Below the pieces are notes generated by a model that was not told the DNA's origin, did not search any database, and was given only the letters and a program-made list of their open reading frames with translations. This document shows positions 47,201-61,222 of a stretch of DNA of 64,000 bases, piece by piece. The stretch lies in assembly GCA_964016885.1 (NCBI GenBank), contig OZ024741.1, positions 358,794,001-358,858,000 of the forward strand, given 5' to 3'. The DNA comes from Eledone cirrhosa (taxonomy: Eukaryota). The position numbers and the translations under genes were made by a program. Numbering within the stretch: position 1 is the stretch's first letter; the number at the start of each line of letters is the position of its first letter.

Positions 47201-47310
47201 TAACACCAGCACCACTTTACAGCATCGACTGGGTGCTTTTATTCGCGCCAACAGTACTAGAGAGGTTGTCTTACTGGACTCAGGGGCCCTATCCACCCCT
47301 CCATTTTACA
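44262..47310 (-). mobile_element. Second near-full-length RTE LINE (different subfamily), decayed
   Basis: APE (ATLNVGTL, AGDFNGH), RT (DLEKAFD, HQGSVLSP), finger, GRPRETW; frameshifts. Confidence 0.92.
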
Positions 47311-47628
47311 GCATATATATATAAGTAATTTGTAGTTTACTTGAAGCATTGTATATGATATAAAGAATTTGAAGTTTGAAAGCCACGACAATGTGGGTTT
47401 GGACAGAGAATAATTAAATCGTAAGAAACAGGGCTTGTTTTTTTACCTTAATTTATTCATGTCCTGATATTACAAGTTATTACTAAGTCTAAGCCATATG
47501 GAAATGGGAATCCGTCTTGTGGGCTGAGCATTGAAGAAATAATCATTATCCTGAGGAGTTGCGTAATAGCATTTCTTTAAATTCAAGGAATGAATTTTTC
47601 TCGTCTTGTCCACACATCATATATATTT

Positions 47629-47816
47629 TTACCGGTGTCCCTAAAAATGTATACACCATTCTAATATATATATTGCCTGTACAATCAAAGTGTGTATACA
47701 TTTTTCGGGGACACCATATATATATATATACCGGGGTCCCTAAAAATGTATACATCATTCTAATATATATATTGCCTGTACAGGTAATCAAAGTGTGTAT
47801 ACATTTTTCGGGGACA

Positions 47817-47883
<67 letters not shown>

Positions 47884-48385
47884 GGGGTCCCTAAAAATGT
47901 ATACACCATTCTAATATATATATTGCCGGTACAGGTAATCAAAGTGTGTATACATTTTTCAGGGACATCATATATATATATACCGGTGTCCCTAAAAATG
48001 TATACACCATTCTAATATATATATTGCCTGTACAATCAAAGTGTGTATACATTTTTCGGGGACACCATATATATATATATACCGGGGTCCCTAAAAATGT
48101 ATACATCATTCTAATATATATATTGCCTGTACAGGTAATCAAAGTGTGTATACATTTTTCGGGGACACCATATATATATATATATATATATTTAAATACC
48201 AGGGTCCCTAAAAATGTATACACCATTCTAATATATATATTGCCTGTACAATCAAAGTGTGTATACATTTTTCGGGGACACCATATATATATATATATAC
48301 CGGGGTCCCTAAAAATGTATACATCATTCTAATATATATATTGCCTGTACAGGTAATCAAAGTGTGTATACATTTTTCGGGGACA

Positions 48386-48430
<45 letters not shown>

Positions 48431-48715
48431 GGGGTCCCTAAAAATGTATACACCATTCTAATATATATATTGCCTGTACAGATAATCAAAGTGTGTATAC
48501 ATTTTTCGTATACCGGAGTCCCTAAAAATGTATACACCATTCTAATATATATATTGCCTGTACAGGTAATCAAAGTGTGTATACATTTTTCGGGGACACC
48601 ATATATATATATATATATATACCGGGGTCCCTAAAAATGTATATACCATCCTAACAAATAATGCATGTATATGCAATCAAAGTGGGTATACATTTTTGGG
48701 GGGACAACCTGTATA
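47629..48715. repeat. Tandem array of ~10 palindromic ~85-bp MITE-like units separated by (TA)n
   Basis: ggtgtccctaaaaatgtatacac ... gtgtatacatttttcggggacacc. Confidence 0.92.
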
Positions 48716-49234
48716 TACACAAATATGAACATATATATATAGAGAAAGTGTGTGCAAGCAAGCAAACAATCAAGATCAGAGTTTTAGTATTATATAGATT
48801 TAGTTATTGGTATGGTATGGACCATAATTCCTGAGGGGCTTGTAGGGCCACCATATTGACATGCGGCATTTCTTAGGGCATTTTAAAATCTGGTGGAACC
48901 CATCCCCTTTCCTGGTCTGAGTGCAGCACATTTCCTGGAGAGAAGGATAGAGAGTGAGATAGGTATATAGTGGAAGAATTGACCCCAGTACTAGACTGGT
49001 ACTTTTTTTAGTGACAATAGATGAATGAAAGGCGAAGTTGGCCTCAACAGGATTTGAACTGAGAAAGCAGAGAGCCAGAATGAATACCACAAGTACTCTA
49101 TCTGATGTTCTAACATCTCTACCAATTTGCCACTTTAGATATTACACAAGCTAAAATACTGTGTAGAACAAATATATAACCACCCAATGTTGGATTTAAA
49201 TTAAATTTAAATCTTAATGTATTTAAATATGAAA

Positions 49235-49930
49235 TGAGTGATGCAAAAACTGACATTCATCCTCTCAAGGAAGCCTGCGCAGTGCACTCCACATGTGAAT
49301 GGAGTTCCACTGAAGCATGTAGAGAAGTTCAAGTATTTCGGGGCTGTGTTCATGAGTGAGGGAAGGCAGGAGGCTGAATTATGTGCAAGAATTGCAAAAG
49401 CTGGTGCAGTAATGCGCCAGCTTCAGCAGTCAGTGATCAGAAGGGAGGTAGGCGTAAAAGACAAACTCGCTGTCTTCAATTTGGTATTCGTGCCAACCTA
49501 TACCTGTGGTTATCAATCCTGAGTAATTACGGAAAGAATACAATTATGAATACAACTGATCGAATAGGATTCCTCCAAAGGATCTTTGGAGTAATGCTAC
49601 TAGACAGCATGCATAGTTCAGAGTTCAGAGAGTCACTCCAGGTAGAGCTGCTACTTCTCCAAATTGAGAGATCACAGTTCCGATATTATGGGCATGTGGT
49701 TAGAATGTCTCAGGAAAGAATCACTGGACAGATTTTACGGGCAAAACCAACCAGCAAGAGATTCAGGGATAGACCCCGAGCAAGATGGTTGGATAATATC
49801 CATGAGCTTGGCTGGTCAGGCTTAGGGGATCCAGCCAGATCAGTTGGAGAGGGTTGCTTCTGACAAGACCTGCTGGAAGGTGTATTTGAGGACTCTGCCC
49901 CCACGACCCTCTCAGGAATAAGTGGGTGAA
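49235..49930 (+). mobile_element. RTE-like LINE 3' fragment (another family)
   Basis: VEKFKYFG, RIAKA, QFRYYGHVVRM, RPRARW. Confidence 0.8.
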
Positions 49931-51044
49931 GAAGTATTTAAATATCACACAGGCTAAAATACTGTGTAAAATTGTCAAGTTTAAATTAAATTTATTTTAT
50001 ATTTATATTTTTTTCAAACTTGTCTCTCTCTTCATCATCATTCATTACAACATGCGGAGCGACGTTCTGACTATCTCTTTCTCCCCTTCCTTTTTCTTCC
50101 TTCACGCTTGTAGAAAAATAAATATTAAATCTGCCTAAGGCAATGGTGGACTTGAAATCTTAAAGCTAAGGTCATGGTTTTTATATTCCTATTCTCTCTC
50201 TCTCTCTTTCTCAACATTACTTCCACATATTAATAACCTCTCAGCCATATTTCTCTTGATAACTTTTAACTCTTTGCCTATTTATTACTAATCTTTCAGC
50301 TATTTATCATGATAGCTAGCTATCTACCATTCTATCTCAGACACTGACTCTGGATCGCCCCACCCACCTCCTATCCACCATCATTTGACTAGCTGTCTGA
50401 CAGACATGGCCTTGTGCTCCTGCCTTTTTCCATTACCCTTCTGCTTACACATTTCTATTCATGAAATAATTCGGCTAAAAAATGATCATAATATATTATA
50501 ATTTAATATATTATATATATTGATGGTGATATATGCATGTATTTTAATATATATTTTAAATGCATGTTTAATAATTATTTAAATTTGTTTGAAAGATAAA
50601 ATTTCTTTTAAGTTGTAACAAAATACTTAAGGAATATATTACTTAAACTAAAATTATAATCTATAATGAGTTAAATTAAATTATATAAATTTTTAATTAA
50701 ACCAATTATGTGACGGCTATAAAAAGTAATGTATATTGATTAATTTTGATATAATATATAAGTATAATTAGCTTAACCTTAATCAAATACAAGAGATATT
50801 CAATGGTTTATGGTAATTGATTGATTGCCTCAATTGACCTAATATTTGAAAACAACGGTTTTTTCTATATATATCCAAACATATATTTTATGTTCCCTCT
50901 CTTTTGTCGTTATTTCTCCTTTCTTCTTCCTCTATTCATCCATCCTTTCAAATTTTCTGTTGAGTGCTTTTAATCTATTGTAAAACTGTATTCATTGAGT
51001 AATCAATGAACCATATTAATTTTTGCTTATATATATATATATTG

Positions 51045-51680
51045 TTACGCTTTAGGAGGGTCTTGTTGCCAATAAGAAACACACGCACCAGTTGCTTTCA
51101 CTTCAATTTATTATAAATTAAATTTATAAATTTAGGAATTTATAAATTTCCGGTTGGTTGGTTGGTTCCACAACCAGACGATTGTTCATATATTGTCAAA
51201 GTTCTTTCGTCACACATTCTGTGACCTCTTCAGTAACTGGGGATTCTTTTCTTTGTTTTTGTGCCTCCCCTTTGTTCTGTCCTACACCATCTTGTTTTTG
51301 TGTGTGTTGTGTGCTTAGTTTGCGCATGTGTTACATCCGGGTGTCTGTGTTTATATTTGTTTATTTATTTGTTTATTTACATGTTACTGGTTGGTTGTTT
51401 GTTCTATGTGTGTGTATGCTTTCATTTTGTCCTTAATTGTAAGTTGTGATGTTGCTATTCCATTCATGTTTTCTATTTAATTTTGGTTGGAGTTCATTTA
51501 TGTTTATTGCCTCTGTGATTTGTCTAAACATTGCGTCTTTTCTGTGTGTAGATTCTATTTTTATTTCTATGTTCTCTAATTTACCCTTATGTTCTATTTT
51601 AGCATGTTGGTGGAGTACAGATGATTCTTTACTATCTTGAAGCTCTCGCCAGTGTTCATTTATCCGTTCTCCTATACTAC
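51045..51680 (-). mobile_element. Penelope 3' end (GIY-YIG C-terminus plus pLTR)
   Basis: ERINEH..SVLHQH..RQITEAI.I....PKLNRKHEW; pLTR with hammerhead. Confidence 0.85.
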
Positions 51681-51705
51681 GAAATAAAAAATAAAAAATT
51701 GTATA

Positions 51706-51755
<50 letters not shown>

Positions 51756-52661
51756 ATTTTTTATTTTTTAATTCTTTATTTTCTTGTTTTTGTCAACCCC
51801 TGTATTTTAGATATGTCGCACATGCAAACGTACATTTATTTTTATTTTTATTTTTTATTTTATTTTTTATATTTTTCTTTCTTGCCTGCTTAATCAGCCA
51901 CTGAACTATATCGACGTAAATGTACGTGTGTGTATGGTATATTGTATATGTGTTTATATGTGTGTGTGTATATGTATTCATATACATGTGTGTGTGTACA
52001 TATATGTGTGTATATATGTATATGTATGAAGCCGTTTGTGTTACCGTTCAGTATTATTATAGTTGCTTTACAGCATAAAGCTATGGCCCTCCACGCTCTG
52101 AGCTCAAATCCTGCCGAGGTCAACCTTGCGTTTCATCCCCACGGAGTCAACAAAAGAGAGTACCAGTAATGCGCTGGAACAATCGCTGGCTCCGTGCCAA
52201 AAGCAGAAAAATTATTATTAATAAAGTTGTTGTTTTCTTAAGGCCCGGTCGCTGGTGATGGTGGTGGTGGTGGTGATGGCGGATTTTTTTCTTTTCCCAA
52301 TTCAATGTATATATATATGTGTGTGTATATATGTGTATGTGCATATATGTGTATGTGTATGCATGTGTACATGTACGTATATATGTATGTGTGTGTGTAT
52401 GTATGTATATATGTATATATATCATCATCATTTTACGTCCATTTTTCCCTGCTTGCAGATATGTGTATGTGCATGTGTACGTATGTATTTGTATATGCGT
52501 GGGTATGTGCTTATATATGTATGTGTATATTTTTATATATATATACATATACATTTATTATTTCCCCTTTACATTACGTCCGTTATTATATTTCAGCCTC
52601 GCTTTCAATTGTTCTAGACTTTGTTTTGAAATCCATATCTCACATCTGTTTTAAATAAATG

Positions 52662-52732
52662 TTCATTCTGACGAACGATTTCAGACGTCTGTGTCAAGCT
52701 CGTCTGTCTTCGTGAAACCTTTGGTAAATGAA
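52662..52732 (+). ncRNA. Type I hammerhead ribozyme
   Basis: Stem I ttcatt/aatgaa, CTGACGA, stem II acga/tcgt extended by cagacg/cgtctg, GAAA, stem III ACC ttt GGT, cleavage triplet GTA. Confidence 0.85.
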
Positions 52733-53059
52733 ATAATTATCTTATGTTGTTTATTACATAACTAAAAAGCTCTGTAGCCTACATAGAGCACTCTCGTTTC
52801 CTTTACCTTTCCTACGGAAACACTTAATATATATATATATGAATAAGACCCGTCCCACCCTTGCAAGCGGGGCAGAGCGGACGTAAAATGATGATGATGA
52901 TATGCAGAGGTTATATTTAATTTGTTGGGATTCAACAAGCTTAACAAATTTTATAACTGATATAAAGCACTCAACAGTTTAATGGAGTAAATACACAATA
53001 TATTAATAAATGGAAACTATATTTATAAAACCATATTTATTTTATTATATATGGTTTTA

Positions 53060-53385
53060 TGGCTTAGTGGTTAGAGCATTGGCCTTGCAATCGAAAGGTT
53101 GTGAGTTCAATTCTCAGACCGGGTGATGTGTTGTGTCCTTGAGCAAGACACTTTATTTCACATTGCTCCAGTTTACTCAGCTGTAGAAATGAGATGATAG
53201 GGACTGGGGTCCCTATCATTCCACTGTAAAGTGGTCGTGGAGGTGCCATGGCAAAAAAGCACCCAGCACTCACTGTAAATGAGGTTGGTGTTAGGAAGGG
53301 CATCCAGCTGTAGAAATCAAGCCAGCATCAGTTCCCGTCCCACCCTTGCAAGCAGGGAAAAGCGGACGTAAAATGATGATGATGA
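53060..53385 (+). mobile_element. Composite CORE-like/RTE-tail SINE
   Basis: Most complete copy; tggcttagtggttagagc head; perfect atgatagggac/gtccctatcat hairpin. Confidence 0.85.
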
Positions 53386-53419
53386 TTATATATATATATA
53401 TATATATAAATATATATAT

Positions 53420-54312
53420 GGTCGGGTGACTGTGTCTCGCTCGTATAGGACTGCATCTGGCTGGTTTTCTATGGCTGGATGCCCTTCCTAAAACCAACCA
53501 CATTTACAGTGTGGGACCCTTTTTAACATATCTCCTACACGACCACTTTACAGCGTGGACAGGGTGCTTTTTGTTGTGATACCTACATGACCACTTTAGT
53601 GTAGACTGGATGTTCTGTGGTACCAACATAACTTTACAAAGAAAGGGTGGTGTGGGTGAAAGTGGGAGGATGGAATAGGGGTAGTGGGTTGGGGTGCATA
53701 TTTGGTTAAGAGGTACCTACTGACTGTAGGTTCAACTTGGTACATAAGGGAAGGCAGGTCTTCTGTATTACTGTGTAGCACCAAAGGTCTCGATCCAGTG
53801 ACATTGTCTTAGAGAGGTGCAAGTGTGCAAGGTCAAATTTTATCATGTCGTCCTAGGCTTTTCTGGGTCTACCTACTCCGTAACTACCATCAATTTTGAT
53901 CACTCTGCACTTTTTTATACAGCTGTCGTCTTTCATGCACACCACATGACCATACCAACATCATCTCCTCTCAAGTAAACTGCATCTGATCCCTCTTATT
54001 CCTAATTTCTCACTTAGTTCATCTATGCTTTGCCGTTCACGTATATTACTATTACACATCCAACGGAGCATGTATGCTTCGTTCCTTTCTAATCTGTGCA
54101 GGTCCTCTGCACACAATGCCCATGTCTCACTGCCATATTACATTGCTGTTCATATACAGGCATCATACAATCTGCCTTTCATTTTTAGAGAGAAACCTTT
54201 TGTGGCTAACAGCGATATTAGCTCTCTAAACTTTTTCCATCCCGTTCTATCTCTGATTACTTTACTTCCAGAGCACCCTCCTCCACTGCTGTTTTTGTTA
54301 CCCAGGTAACGG
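53420..54312 (-). mobile_element. RTE 3' fragment
   Basis: [24 protein letters not shown]. Confidence 0.88.
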
Positions 54313-54964
54313 AACCATGATGAATTGACCTTTAAGACAATCAACCCCATCATTCTATCCCATCTCTAAAGCATACAAAAATTTGCCTAATCCAAGAACA
54401 CAGATCTTTATCATTTGAAACCTCTTCTTCAGCACTACTATTACTACTGCCACCACTACTACAACCACTGCTGCTGCTTTTGCCACCACCACCACTTATT
54501 TCTTTTATATATTCAGTTTTATTTATTTGTTATGACAGTTCTCTCTCTCCGTCTTTCTGTATCTCTCTCCTCTCTCAACCGATCTATCACTATATCTCAC
54601 TAACTCAATACTCCTATCTATCATGCTGTCTATCTTTCTATACATCCATTGACGTGACCAACAAAGAAAAGTAATTAATAAAAGCAAAAATGTCAATAAA
54701 ATAAATATAATATAAAACTAGGTAGTGTTCAACATTTAGATTATTGGAAACAAGGATAAATAGATCATAATAATATACTGAGCTGGATTAGATAGATATA
54801 GGGTGGTGAATTGACCTTGTGCTATATCTTCGGATGGCTGAAAACAGTAAAAGACAATGTTGTTACCTACTTGACTAAACAGTAAAATAAAATAATAATG
54901 ATTTGTTTTTGAATTTGTTTTGTGAGATTTCTTATCTGAAAATGTGTTGAAACAGATATTGTTA

Positions 54965-56920
54965 TACTTAGAGAAGGTCATGTGCCAATAAAAACACACG
55001 CACCTGTTCGTTTTCACTTCAATTTATTATAAATTTCTGGTTGGTTGGATAACCGGAAGGTTGTTTATATATTGTCAAAGTTCTTTCGTCACACATTCTG
55101 TGACCTCCTCAGTGCCTAGGTTTTTATTTTGTGTGTCTCTCCTTTGCTCTGTCCTACACCATCTTGTTTTTGTGTGTTGTGTTTGTGCATGCGTTACATC
55201 CAGGTGTGTGTGTTTTTATTTATTTATGTGTTTATTTATTTGTCACTAGTTGGTTGTTTGTTCTATCTGTGTGTGTCTGATTTGTTTTGTTAGTTTGGTT
55301 TTTGTGTGTGTCTCTGTATGTCTTCATTTTGTCCTTAATTACTAGTTGTGATGTTGCTATACCACTCATGTTTTCTGTTTAATTTTGGTTGGAGTTCGTT
55401 TATATTTGTTGCCTGTGTGATATGCCCAAGCATTGCATCTTTTACTGTGTGTGGATATAATTTTTATCTCTATGTTCTCTAATGTGCCCCTATTTTCTAT
55501 TTTGGCATGTTGGTGGAGTACTGATGAGTTTTTCCCATCCTGGAGTTCTCGCCAGTGTTCACTTATTCTTGCTCCTATGCTATAGGCTGTTTCACCTATG
55601 TATGTTATATTCTTATTCCTAAACTGTCCCTCGTTACATCTTATGCTATATACTACGTTCCTAGTTTTGCAGTTAATTTGCAGGCTTAGCTTGCAGACTA
55701 TGCATTTCCTATCAGTACAGGGGGATCTTTGAAATGGGTATGTTTTGTTAATGAGGGTTTTATGGGAATACCTGGTCTTTCAACTATCTTAATATTTAAT
55801 TTGAGCTTGTCTAGGGCCCTTCTAAATCTATAAGCTAGTTCGCCTCTAGGGGTTGTATTGACGAACATTGCACTCTGGTATTTATTGGTATCATACCATG
55901 AGTTTATTTTATTTGCCTTATTCCTAATCCTTTCTATTCTGTTTCAAAATTTGCTCCAATACAAGGGGCAAGTTCCATTTACATCATTTTCTACAATCTT
56001 TGCCCATTTTGTTCAAGCTCCTATATACAACCTGATCGTAGCCAGAGAACTGCATGCAGTGGATGAAGTGTTGTATGTGTCTCTCTAATTCTTTGGGGTT
56101 GCACATGCAGGACATGTTCCTCATCACTATTACTAAGTTTGCAATCAGTATACTGATTTTTATGTGGTCCGAAACAGCTGAGTTACTGTGCATCAGGTGC
56201 TTGGAGGTCATGGGTTTGGCATAATGCGAATGGAGGATTTGCGTTTCATTACTAATAGTTTCCAACCAGAGTTCTGTGTCTAGTACGGGTAATCTATGGT
56301 TGGGGTGTTTATTTGGGTAGTCTATGGTAACTTTAATACTCTGGTGGATGGAGTTAACTATTTACTGGATGCTTTCCATGGTGTTCTTCTCTAATTCCTG
56401 ACTGTTCTCCCGTGGGGCTGTTTTTACTACAATATTTATGTCATCTACGTAGCGGGAGTACATAGTCAGGGTTATAAAATTGTCATTTAATTGTTCTTTA
56501 AGTTTTCTGTCCCACCATACCATAAAGAGGTTAGCTATGTCACCTGCAATGCTAACGCTAATGGCTGCTCCCTCCTCTTGGGCATGTTTTACCTTTAAAT
56601 TTGAACATATATTCCTTACAAACCACCAACTAGTGACAAATAAATAAACACAAAAATAAATAAAAACACACACACGGATGTAACGCATGCACAAACTAAG
56701 CACACAAAAACAAGATGGTGTAGGACAGAAGAAAGGAGAGACACACAAAATAAAAACCTAGTCACTGAGGAGGTCACAGAATGTGTGACAAAAGAACTTT
56801 AACAATATATAAACAACCTTCCGGTTATCGAACCAACCAACCGGAAATTTATAATAAATTGAAGTGAAAACCAACAGGTACATGTGATTTTATTGGCAAC
56901 ATGACCCTCCCAAAGTATAA
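54965..56920 (-). mobile_element. 5'-truncated Penelope element with inverted pLTR
   Basis: YSRYVDD RT, GIY-YIG (YIGET..RISEH); 3' pLTR ~54965-55320 and inverted copy ~56615-56920. Confidence 0.88.
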
Positions 56921-57621
56921 AAATAATAATTGTTTCTACTATTGGCACAAGGCCAGCAATTACCCAGTACATTACTGGTACTTTATTTTATCAATCCCGT
57001 AAGGATGAAAGGCAAAGTTAATCTCGGCGGGATTTGAACTCAGAATGGCAAGGTCCGTAACTCTATGCATCAAAGCAAGGCGTCCGACCTTCTACTGATA
57101 CTGCCAATTCACCAGGCACAAGGCCAACAATTTTTTGGGAAGGGGAAAGTCGATTAAATTTACCCCAGTGAGTGACTGGTACTTTATTTTATCGACCCCA
57201 TAAGGTTGAAGGGTAAAGCTAACGTCGGCGGGATTTGAACTCAGAAAATAAAGGGTCGTAACTATGACACAAAGCATGTTGTCCGACGCTCTACCGATAC
57301 TGCCAATAATAATCAAATTTGCATTTAGCTGGATTAACCCATTTGATATCCAACTGTCCCTGGTTCTACGATATAAGACTTTGTTTTAGAGTGTTTATCA
57401 TCACTGTTATTTAATGTCTCTTTTCTCAGGGTTGGACAAGTTGTCACAGACTAACTTAGTACTTAATCAGAGCCACTGATCTCGATGGGTAGGGAGCCAC
57501 ATTTTGCTGACTCATGTTCCCACACTTTACAAAGTACACTGTACATTTTATCTCTACCTTTTTGTTTGCATGTTTTCTATGGCTGGATGCTTTTCCTATT
57601 ACCAACTTTTTCCTATCACCA

Positions 57622-57905
57622 ACACCGGGTGATGTGTTGTTTCCTTGAGCAAGACACTTTATTTCACATTGCTCCAGTTTACTCAGCTGTAGAAATGAGA
57701 TGATAGGGACTGGTGTCCCTATCATTCCACTGCAAAGTGGTCGTGGAGGTGCCATGGCAAAAAAGCACCCAGCACTCACTGTAAATGAGGTTGGTGTTAG
57801 GAAGGGCATCCAGCTGTAGAAATCAAGCCAGAATCAGTTCCCGTCCCACCCTTGCAAGCAGGGAAAAAGTGGACGTAAAATGAAATGAATGAATGATGAA
57901 TGAAT
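57622..57905 (+). mobile_element. Composite CORE-like/RTE-tail SINE (5'-truncated)
   Basis: Near-identical to 53120-53385. Confidence 0.85.
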
Positions 57906-57980
57906 GAACTTCTTTACAGAATGTACTGGGTTTGTTTTATCATAGAGAGGTTGTAATTTGTCCTAGATGAATTAGATACA

Positions 57981-59200
57981 TACGAGGTATGTCCCTAAAG
58001 TAAGAGTACTGATTTTCCTATGTACAATATGGTGATGCAGCACCTCATTGATGTATATAGGTGTGTTGGTTATGGCCTTGGCTGTACATACATACTTGTT
58101 TCAACATGATCAATTGAATCAATTTTGAGTTATTGCTGTTTCTGTACAGATGTGTTAATAACATCTGTTACATTAGTGAAACAGGAAAATATCAAACTAT
58201 TTTACGTGACCAAATTTTGTGTGAAGCTCAACAATTCTGCCACCGAAACATTTCATTTTCTAACACAAGCTTATGGAGATACCACTCTATTGAGCACAAA
58301 GCTTTCAAAGAAGGCCAAAAAATGTTGAAGACGAATCTCGTTCTGGAAGGCCAATCTTGTCAACAAATGAACAAAATGTGGAAATGGTGCAAGCAATGAT
58401 GGCGAAGGATTGCCAATTAAGTGTTAGGATGGTTGTAGAAGAAACAGGTTTGGATAAAAATGCAGTTCACAAAATTTTAACAAATCATTTGCACATGTAA
58501 AAATAATGCCCACACACTTAGCAAAGAGTGAACTGGTTGGAAATTTCTCAGGATTTGCTAGAAAGACTTGAAATTGAGCCAAATTTCTTGGATAAAATAA
58601 TAACAGGGGGATAAATCATGAGTGTTTGAGTACAATCCAATTACAAAATGGCAAAGTTAGGAGTGGCACACAAAAAGTTCTCTTCAGCCATAAAAAGCAT
58701 GCATGGGCAGATCCAAGGTGAAAACGATGATTATCATTTATTTCGACAGCCGTGGTATTGTTCACAAAACATTTTTACCCCAAGGACAAACCTTCTATAA
58801 AGTTGTCTTGGAACGACTTCAAAAATGGGTTCAGCAAGTTTGAAGGGACATTGCAGGAGATTGGGTACAGCACCACAATAAGACACATACTCTCACAACA
58901 CTTTCAATTAGAGAATTTCTGGCAAACATTCCTACTCTTCCACATCCTCCCTACAGCCCAGATCTAGCTGTGTGATTTCTACTTCTTCGCTAAGTTGAAC
59001 GGCAATCATTTGGAATTGTGGAAAATATACAAAAATAAAATGGAACCAACGAGCTAAGTACACTCACAGAAAATGATTTCAGATAATGCTATGATCAATG
59101 GAAAAAACGTTGGAACCACTGTGTTACTTCCCAAGGGCCTATATATTGAAAGAGATAACATGTAATTTCATGTACATCTAATGTCAACTATAATAATAGC
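57981..59200 (+). mobile_element. Decayed mariner-family DNA transposon
   Basis: tacgagg start; KFCVKL..SATET, IITGD, HPPYSPDLA remnants. Confidence 0.85.
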
Positions 59201-60078
59201 GAATGTGTGTATATTTATTTAAAGTAGAAACATTTATTTATATATTTGTCACACACTGAAAGGGAAATGGCTGATGTGGAAGGGGATGGTGACAAATTAT
59301 AGAAAACAACAACCAGTGTTCTAAGATTCACTACCCTTGTGTGTGAGTATATGTAGCGAATTGGCTCTACACATTGGCTATTATTAAGTAGAAACAATGG
59401 CGGTGGACTGGCAGTATCGGTAGAGGGTCGGACGCCATGCTTTGACACATAGAGTTACGGCCCTTGCCATTCTGAGTTGAAATCCCGCCGAGGTTAACTT
59501 TGCCTTTCATCCTTACGGGATCGATAAAATTAAGTACCAGTAATGTACTGGGTAATTGCTGGCCTTGTACCAAAAGTAGAAACAATTATTAAATAGAAAC
59601 AATTATTATTGTGTGAGTATATGTGTGTATATGTGTGTTGGTGTGAATATATTTGTGTTTGTGAGTTTATATTACTTGTGTGAGTGTTTGTGAGTTTATA
59701 TTACTTGTGTGAGTGTTTGTGAGTTTATATTACTTGTGTGAGTGTATATGTGTGTTTGTGTGAATATATTTATGAGTGTATGAGTGAGTGTTTGTGTGTA
59801 TGTGTGTTTGTGTAAATATATTTATACTTGTGTGAGTGTATATGTGAGTGTGTTTATATCTATATATTCATACATATAAATGTATACATATACACACCAA
59901 GATATCTTAGTAATCTATGTTAGTTGCAGATAGTTTATCCACAAAAAAGTTTGTAACAAAAAAATGATTAAACTAAAACTGGATTTTGTAGCCTTTTTAC
60001 ATATAAAATGCTACAGTTAGTCATTTTTTACAGCACGGGGCCAGCTAGTACATTTAAATAAAACATGAGTACCCTTAC

Positions 60079-60152
60079 TTTAGCATCAAATCTTGTATAG
60101 ATTTGCTGTCTCCAAATTGAGAAATTCAGTATTTTTATTTCTCAATCTGATA
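60079..60152 (-). other. Candidate non-coding 5'UTR exon of the ENT gene
   Basis: ttttgttttag acceptor and gtaagg donor around 74 nt of non-repetitive sequence; stops in all three frames. Confidence 0.4.
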
Positions 60153-60279
60153 CTAAAACAAAACAAAAAAATTGTAATAAAAACTAATTGAAGAGTCAAA
60201 GGAAACTGGTGGTGATCTGTGTCAGTACATATGACACTGTGAAGTTGAAAAAAGGAAGGAATAAGCCAACTTTTGTTAT

Positions 60280-61222
60280 CACAGGGGCAATTTTTTGCTA
60301 AAAAGTCTAAAAGTCTATGAAAGTGTAAAATGGCATAGAAAAGGCAGAAAAAAGTTTTTGATCAAAAATAGCAAAGTACATTTTTTTTTTAGGCCTAAAA
60401 AGTCTAAAATTTATTATAAAGTCAAAATAAAGTCTAAAAAATGTTAAATATAAAATATTGAAAACAATTTAAAACATTGATAATTGTCAAAACTTAAGTC
60501 TTAGAGAAAGAAAACAAACAAACAAATAAAGCGATTAACAAAAGAAATTGGTCAAACAATTCACTAAGGAATTAAAGAAATCAAAAGAAATGATACTGGT
60601 GAAAAGCAGAATCAGTGGTGACAGAGTGTAACTAAATTTATATACATATCACACATACACACACTCACTCATGAATACTGTTGTCAGTTCAGTTTCCCAG
60701 GGGAATTTGGCTGGCATTGGGCAGAATCTACAAGCAATAAAACCAGAAGTAATAGTCTCTTCTCTTCTTTGCCTACATATACCTAAGAGGGTCATGGGGG
60801 CAAAGTCTTCAAACACTTCTTCCAGTGACCTGTGGATGGTCTCATTGCATCTGTAAAAGCTTCAACAGTCAAGGCCCTTTTCAAAGATATCAGATTACCT
60901 CTTGAGCCAATAGTCAATCATTGGGGCAGTTGGATCAAAGAAGCTGAATATTATGCCAAGAATTTAGCTTGCATTTGTGAGATAATTAATGGAATCGATG
61001 AAGGAGTTATTCTTGTGGAAAAAGCTAAACACTGGTCAATTTGCCAACAACAGAAGCGAAAATGTGAAATTTTATATTGCAGCAATGTATACTATGTAAA
61101 TAGTTTTGATGTGTTATTTTAATGAATAATAAAAACCTTGAGTTAAAATTTATATCTTTAGGTCTATATATATCTAAAAAAAATTTAAAGGTCTAAATAA
61201 GGTCTAAAAACAATTGCCCTAG
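60280..61222 (+). mobile_element. hAT-like relic
   Basis: gggcaatt / aattgccc termini, subterminal aaa(a/g)gtcta repeats, LPLEPIVNHWGSW..AEYY transposase-like segment. Confidence 0.55.
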
